This document shows, one piece after another, positions 58,915-64,000 of a DNA stretch of 64,000 nt. The notes under the pieces are model-generated. The model saw only the letters and a program-made list of their open reading frames with translations. It did not search any database and was not told the DNA's origin. Origin of the DNA: Yuukianura sp. NJ FZ-2021 (Eukaryota); assembly GCA_046563655.1 (NCBI GenBank), contig CM102287.1, positions 3,596,001 to 3,660,000 on the forward strand, read 5' to 3'. A program made the translations under genes and the position numbers. Positions within the stretch are counted from its first letter, which is position 1. Each line of letters begins with the position of its first letter.

Positions 58915-60924
58915 TCAATTTTCGCCGATAGTTAACGATAAAAAAGTGATAAGTTTCAATTTTTAGGTAAATATGATAATAGATGACGGAGTTATGTCAT
59001 TTTAACCGATTTTTCGGGGACAAGTTTGAGACGGTCTCCCGGGTTATCCAGGAGCCGGAGCGATGAAAGCATGGTAGCGTTGGAAAGCTATCATCCTTGG
59101 CTACAACTTATCTCTCATAAACTTTTCGATCGGAAGTCTGGAATTTGAGATTATGCGCTTTGAAATGTCGTTTCCGAAAATTCGGAGTTATGGGGGGGGG
59201 GGGAGGATGGGTAAAAAAAGCCTTTATTAAAAAGAAGCGAAAAAATGCATCCAAAAGCATGCAAATAATTCACATTTTATTTGTAAGTAGATTTTGCTAC
59301 AATAACAGATGTTTGGAACAATAACACTATCCAACACTCACTTTATGCTAAACATTAAAACATGCCTTCAAGATGCAACTTAGTACATCAAAGCGTGCAA
59401 CGAGGGACTAACTCCTAACCTCGATCTAAGGATTAAACATTGGGCACTGGTAGGCCCATAGAGTTGTCAAGACGATGATTTTCGTTTTTTCTTTTAACTA
59501 GAGTGGACATGAGGCATTTTTTCAACAAAATTTTTGAAGCAAATTAAAAGAGGTAAAAAAACCGATTTCACCTGAACTTTAAGCCCGGTTCTCACGACGA
59601 AATTCAAACGTTCTTTCAAACTTTCTAAAATTGTTAATAAAAAAAAGTTGAAGACAGTCAAATAATTTTTGAATTGCAAAGGGTGGATCCTTGGTTGGTG
59701 AATCGTGGAGCCAAATAAACTTCTTGGTAATTTAACTTTACTGCAAGTGAGATTTGTAGAGAACGGTTGTGGCAGTACTTTAGATACTTTAGAAGGATAT
59801 CCATAACTTCTGAGCTACAGCAGCTTGAAACCTCAATTGCAGTGAAACTAATTAGAAAGAAGTTAATTTGACTCCAGGGTTCACCAATTCAAGATCCACA
59901 CTTTGAAATTCAGAAACTATTTGACTGTTTGTGTCGCCTCAAACTCCAAACAAATCAGTGACACCCGTGTCAGGTCCATAGTTCCTAAATCACGGGAAAA
60001 TGACCTGGTGATTTCTACCATTGATAGATACTTAGTAAGTAGATAGTAACTTAGATGTAGGTGGTTTAGATGTAATTAACTTAAGTATCAGTAATTTAAT
60101 TAGAATTAGTAAATAGTAACTTCAATTTAACTTTTTGCGAAAGCAATTTCAGCAGCAGAAGCAATTGTTGGGTTGCTGCCGCTGCCACCTCTTCTTGGCA
60201 CACTACTATAGTCACCATTTGTATCATGACAGATATGCGCGGATATTTTGTCTAAAAAAAACCTGCTTTTCGCATTTTTATTCATAATTTTAGAAATTTT
60301 GAAAACTGAAAATCTAATTTTCGTCGTTTGTGTGAACCGGGCTTATAGTTCAGGTGAAATCGGTTTTTTACCTCTTTTAACCTCTTTTAATTTGCTTCAA
60401 AAATTTTGTTGAAAAAATGCCTCATGTCCACTCTAGTTAAAAGAAAAAAAATCGAATCGTCTTGGTTACTCTATGGGTAGGCCCATGGGGGAAGCTCCTA
60501 CGTGCGTTAACAAAGAAGGCTTAGTCTAATTCGCATTGAGGTGTTGCACTTACGAAACTTTTTAATGTTCCAAGTACCTGTTATTGTCGCAAAATCGACT
60601 TACGGATAAAATTTTTAATAAAGGCGTTCTGGACCCATCCTCCCCCCATAACTCCGAATTTTCGGAAACGACATTTCAAATCGCATTATCTCAAATTCCA
60701 GACTTCCGATCGAAAAGTTTATGAGAGATAAGTTGTAGCCAAGGATGATAGCTTTCCAACGCTACCATGCGTTCATCGCTCCGGCTCCTGGATAACCCGG
60801 GAGACCGTCTCAAACTTGTCCCCGAAAAATCGGTTAAAATGACATAACTCCATCATCTATTATCATATTAATCTGAAAATTGAAACTTAGCACTTTTTTA
60901 TCGTTAGCTATCGGTGAAAATTGA
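58915..60924. mobile_element. Foldback-like element with ~600-680-bp inverted arms
   Basis: 58915-~59600 is the reverse complement of ~60320-60924, near-identical over the outer ~270 bp. Confidence 0.75.
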
Positions 60925-61933
60925 TAAACCCGAAGAAAATTTGCTAGAAATCCGAAATATCCGAATTTCGGATTTTTCGGTTTTTTGGAGAAAAATCACC
61001 CGGGGTGAATTTTTTTCGCATTTTTAGTTCAAGATTATAGTTCAGCTCAAAACGATTGGTAGTTTGTTGACAGTTAAAATTCGAATTTTTGACGTGGAAA
61101 CACAGAAATTGCAGTGAACCTGCGTACGCCAGTTTGTACCCGTTGCAGCTTGCAATTGTGTCCAAACGCAAGCTGTTACTTTATCATTCGCTAATGTATT
61201 CCTCTAAAAAAAGAATCGTTAAATTCTTACGTCCTTTACGTTCGGATACGTAACCTATGCATAAGGGTGGTGAGAATGCTTAGATTTATACCATTTGACC
61301 CACATTAGTGTAATTGCTTCCGTATGAGAGGGCAGATAACACAGAAAAAAAATGTCAAAACTACAATCTATTAAAAATGTACAAACCGCATTTCCTTTAA
61401 ATAGCGAATGGAATGGAATTTATTTATTAATTAGTCAGGGACTATATTTGTTTTTTTTGTTTTAAACGAAATACCTCGAAACGTTCTTACAGAATTTTGA
61501 ACTTTCTATTGCCGAAATCTATAGATCAGTTTTATAATTTCTATGGTTTTCAAAAATACCATGCGACGGGTTTAAATGACGTCATTTGACGCTGTACGTT
61601 CCGTAAATTAATTTAATGAAGTATTGAATTCATGAATTTTACGACGCTACCGTAACTTGGCTTCATAACTTCTCTAAATACTGTAATTTCTACAACCACG
61701 GGATATGGAAAAGCCGTATTATTTATTATTATTTATACAATATTTGTGTGGTGCACAATTGTGTCGTTTGGGTTATGTCAACCATGGTGTTGCCTGGGAC
61801 AACTAACACAAATTCGAAATCAACAAACTGCCAATCGTTTTGAGCTGAACTATAGATGTAATCAATTGGATTCTTCAAAAAAATGCAATAAAAAAAAGTT
61901 GTCTAAAATTTCGGGAAAATTTTCCTCTGTGCG

Positions 61934-62540
61934 ATGGGAAGGTTGGTAACTGGCAAAAGAAAGTTTGAAACCATTTCACTTTCAGAGGAGATAACGGACT
62001 CTCTGAATTGGCTTTATCCGAAATTTTTGTATGAGTTCAAAGTCCTTTGTCTTACGTATAAGTTGGTAACTGAGAAACAAATTCAAGCATTGCAATCGTA
62101 TTATAAGCCAATTACAGACATGCATAGGTACCCAACGTCATCAGCAAAGAGTAAATTTGTTGTCACGAGTCAGGGAAAGTATGGCATCTCTACATTTCAC
62201 TCTAAATCACTTATGTTATGGAATAATTTAGATGATAACATTAAGAAAGCCGGTACTTACTCAAGTTTTAAAATAAAATTGAAGAAAGCACTACTACAAA
62301 AACAGTCACATGAATTAAGTTTAGGTTAAGTTTAGATGTAAGTTAAGTTAAGTGCTAATTTAAGTTAAGCAAGTTAAGTGCGCAATTTTAAATATATGAG
62401 AAATTTTAACACTAATATTAGATAAAATTAAGGACTAGGTTATTAAGATGTAAAACCATTAGTGGGGGTCTTAATAATAGGTAACTCAAAGGGGATCAAA
62501 GAATATAAATAAACGAATCAATCAATCAATCAATCAATCA
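61934..62540 (+). mobile_element. 5'-truncated LINE (CR1/L2/Crack-like) 3' end
   Basis: HRYPT...GISTFHSKSLMLWNNLDDNIK...FKIKLK resembles the ORF2 C-terminus; AATAAA then an (AATC)n tail. Confidence 0.7.
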
Positions 62541-62867
62541 AAAGTGTGTTAACGCTTTATTTCATACCTAGTTCTCATGGATTCAAGTGAATTTTTGGGA
62601 AGGACATGTAGGATTATGGTAGGTTTATATAGCGCATGCTTTTGACAGTTTTTCGGTAGGCAACGGACCGATTCTGTATCTGGGGTAGCCAAGCGTATGG
62701 GAATAAACGGGGGTGATTTAGTGATACAAATTGGCAAATTGGATTTAACAAAAGAAAATACAATTCACCATATGCAACTTTCCAGTTATGTTGTTATGTC
62801 TAATTTATGTATTCCTGAATTGTATATGTAGTCCACAGACAAAAATCGTAAAAACTTGGCTGTCCTT

Positions 62868-63860
62868 TTAGTCTTCTGGAGACGCACGTCTACGACGTGC
62901 TGAAGAAGACTATTGATACGACTTTGTCTGTCTGTCTGTCTGTCCGTTCGCTTTTTTAGTATCTTTTGCGCTGAAACATTAGCCCTATCGCAGTCGGGGG
63001 GTCATGTATGGCTCAAGTGTTTTCTCTACCTCTACATTGCACTCAAAGTGTTAAGTTAACAACGTCAAAGTATGCGGCTGCTTCGCGTTGCAGTTTCTTA
63101 AGTCCTCAAAATTTCTGTGTTAGGTCTGCATTGCACTCAAAATATATTTAAACAACGAAGTTTTGATCTTCTCATTTTCTGATATTATGTTTAGGTACGT
63201 TGTTAAATTAAGACTAATTAGAGGGTAGAAAATCCGGCTTAAATTCGTAACATGCAAACAGTGATTGGCAGGGTTCAAATTTGCTTTTGCAACAATTTTG
63301 ATTATAAACAAGGGATATTCGAGTTTATAACTTATGCACTTAATTTAACACATGGTGCATTTATTTGAACCGATTTTGATTTTATAGAAGCTATATTCGA
63401 TCCCTACTCCACAACGTTCAATTTTGTGCATGTTGAACACTTATTGCACGAATGTAAAATTGTACAGTTATTTTGACGCTGGGTAATGGGCGTTGTTATT
63501 TCAAAATTTGTGCACACTGGAGAACAATAATTGAATGGCTTCGCGGAAAAAGGGGCAAACTGCAAATTGCAATTTGAGTTTCTACGGGCAACGAGTTGCG
63601 TATTGGCTTTTCTGCTGAAATCGGGCAGAAAAAACCGCTAAATCGGTCTGAAAAACCGTTTTTTCGCATGATTTTGTTTGTTTGAAAGCTGAAACAGAAA
63701 ACGTCAAAACGACGATTTTCAGTTTGCCCCTTTTTCCGCGAAGCCATTCAATTGTTCCGCGAAGCCATTCAATTGTCCACCAAATAATTTTGCTAACAGT
63801 TTGATGCAGAAATGTTGTGAACCAAAATAATTTTCAGGAGAGTGAAAACGGTTCAGGGCT
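62868..63860 (+). mobile_element. Second copy of the Helentron/DINE-1-like repeat
   Basis: Colinear with 17066-18140; (GTCT)n tract at about 62926. Confidence 0.55.
63529..63753. mobile_element. Small MITE (~225 bp) nested in the previous repeat
   Basis: 34-bp TIR AATTGAATGGCTTCGCGGAAAAAGGGGCAAACTG; the right end is partly duplicated at 63754-63774. Confidence 0.7.
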
Positions 63861-64000
63861 AAAGCTGAACAACATTCTTATGCAAACGGTTTTTTCACAT
63901 TTTGGTGCAATTGTGCACAAAAAGGCCCCACATCTGCACTGAAAGTTATGAGCGACGTTTCGTTGCATAAATCCCGTGAAAACGGTTTCTTGACGTTTTT

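Overview
Eukaryotic (invertebrate, probably arthropod) genomic DNA with short GT-AG introns. The main feature is a very young, giant 34,255-bp Ty3/gypsy LTR retroelement on the minus strand (19464-53718). It has 482-bp LTRs differing at one base, an ATGTA target-site duplication, a tRNA-Phe PBS and a PPT-like tract. It encodes gag and pol joined by a -1 frameshift signal, one class III fusogen env (rhabdovirus-G/herpes-gB/chuvirus-like) and three truncated secreted env paralogs. About 19 kb of cargo lies between the PBS and gag: an F-box/LRR gene, a spliced SET methyltransferase, a 9-exon zinc-finger gene and two pairs of unknown paralogs. Two cargo proteins carry histone-H3-tail-like motifs. 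The element is inserted 32 codons before the stop of a large intronless host gene, which rejoins in frame across the TSD. The flanks hold a decaying Eph receptor gene, a small putatively GPI-anchored protein gene, a PIF/Harbinger-ISL2EU-type transposon inserted without a TSD at AAA|TTT, several MITEs, Helentron/DINE-like repeats and LINE fragments. All family calls come from motif recognition by eye; no searches were run.
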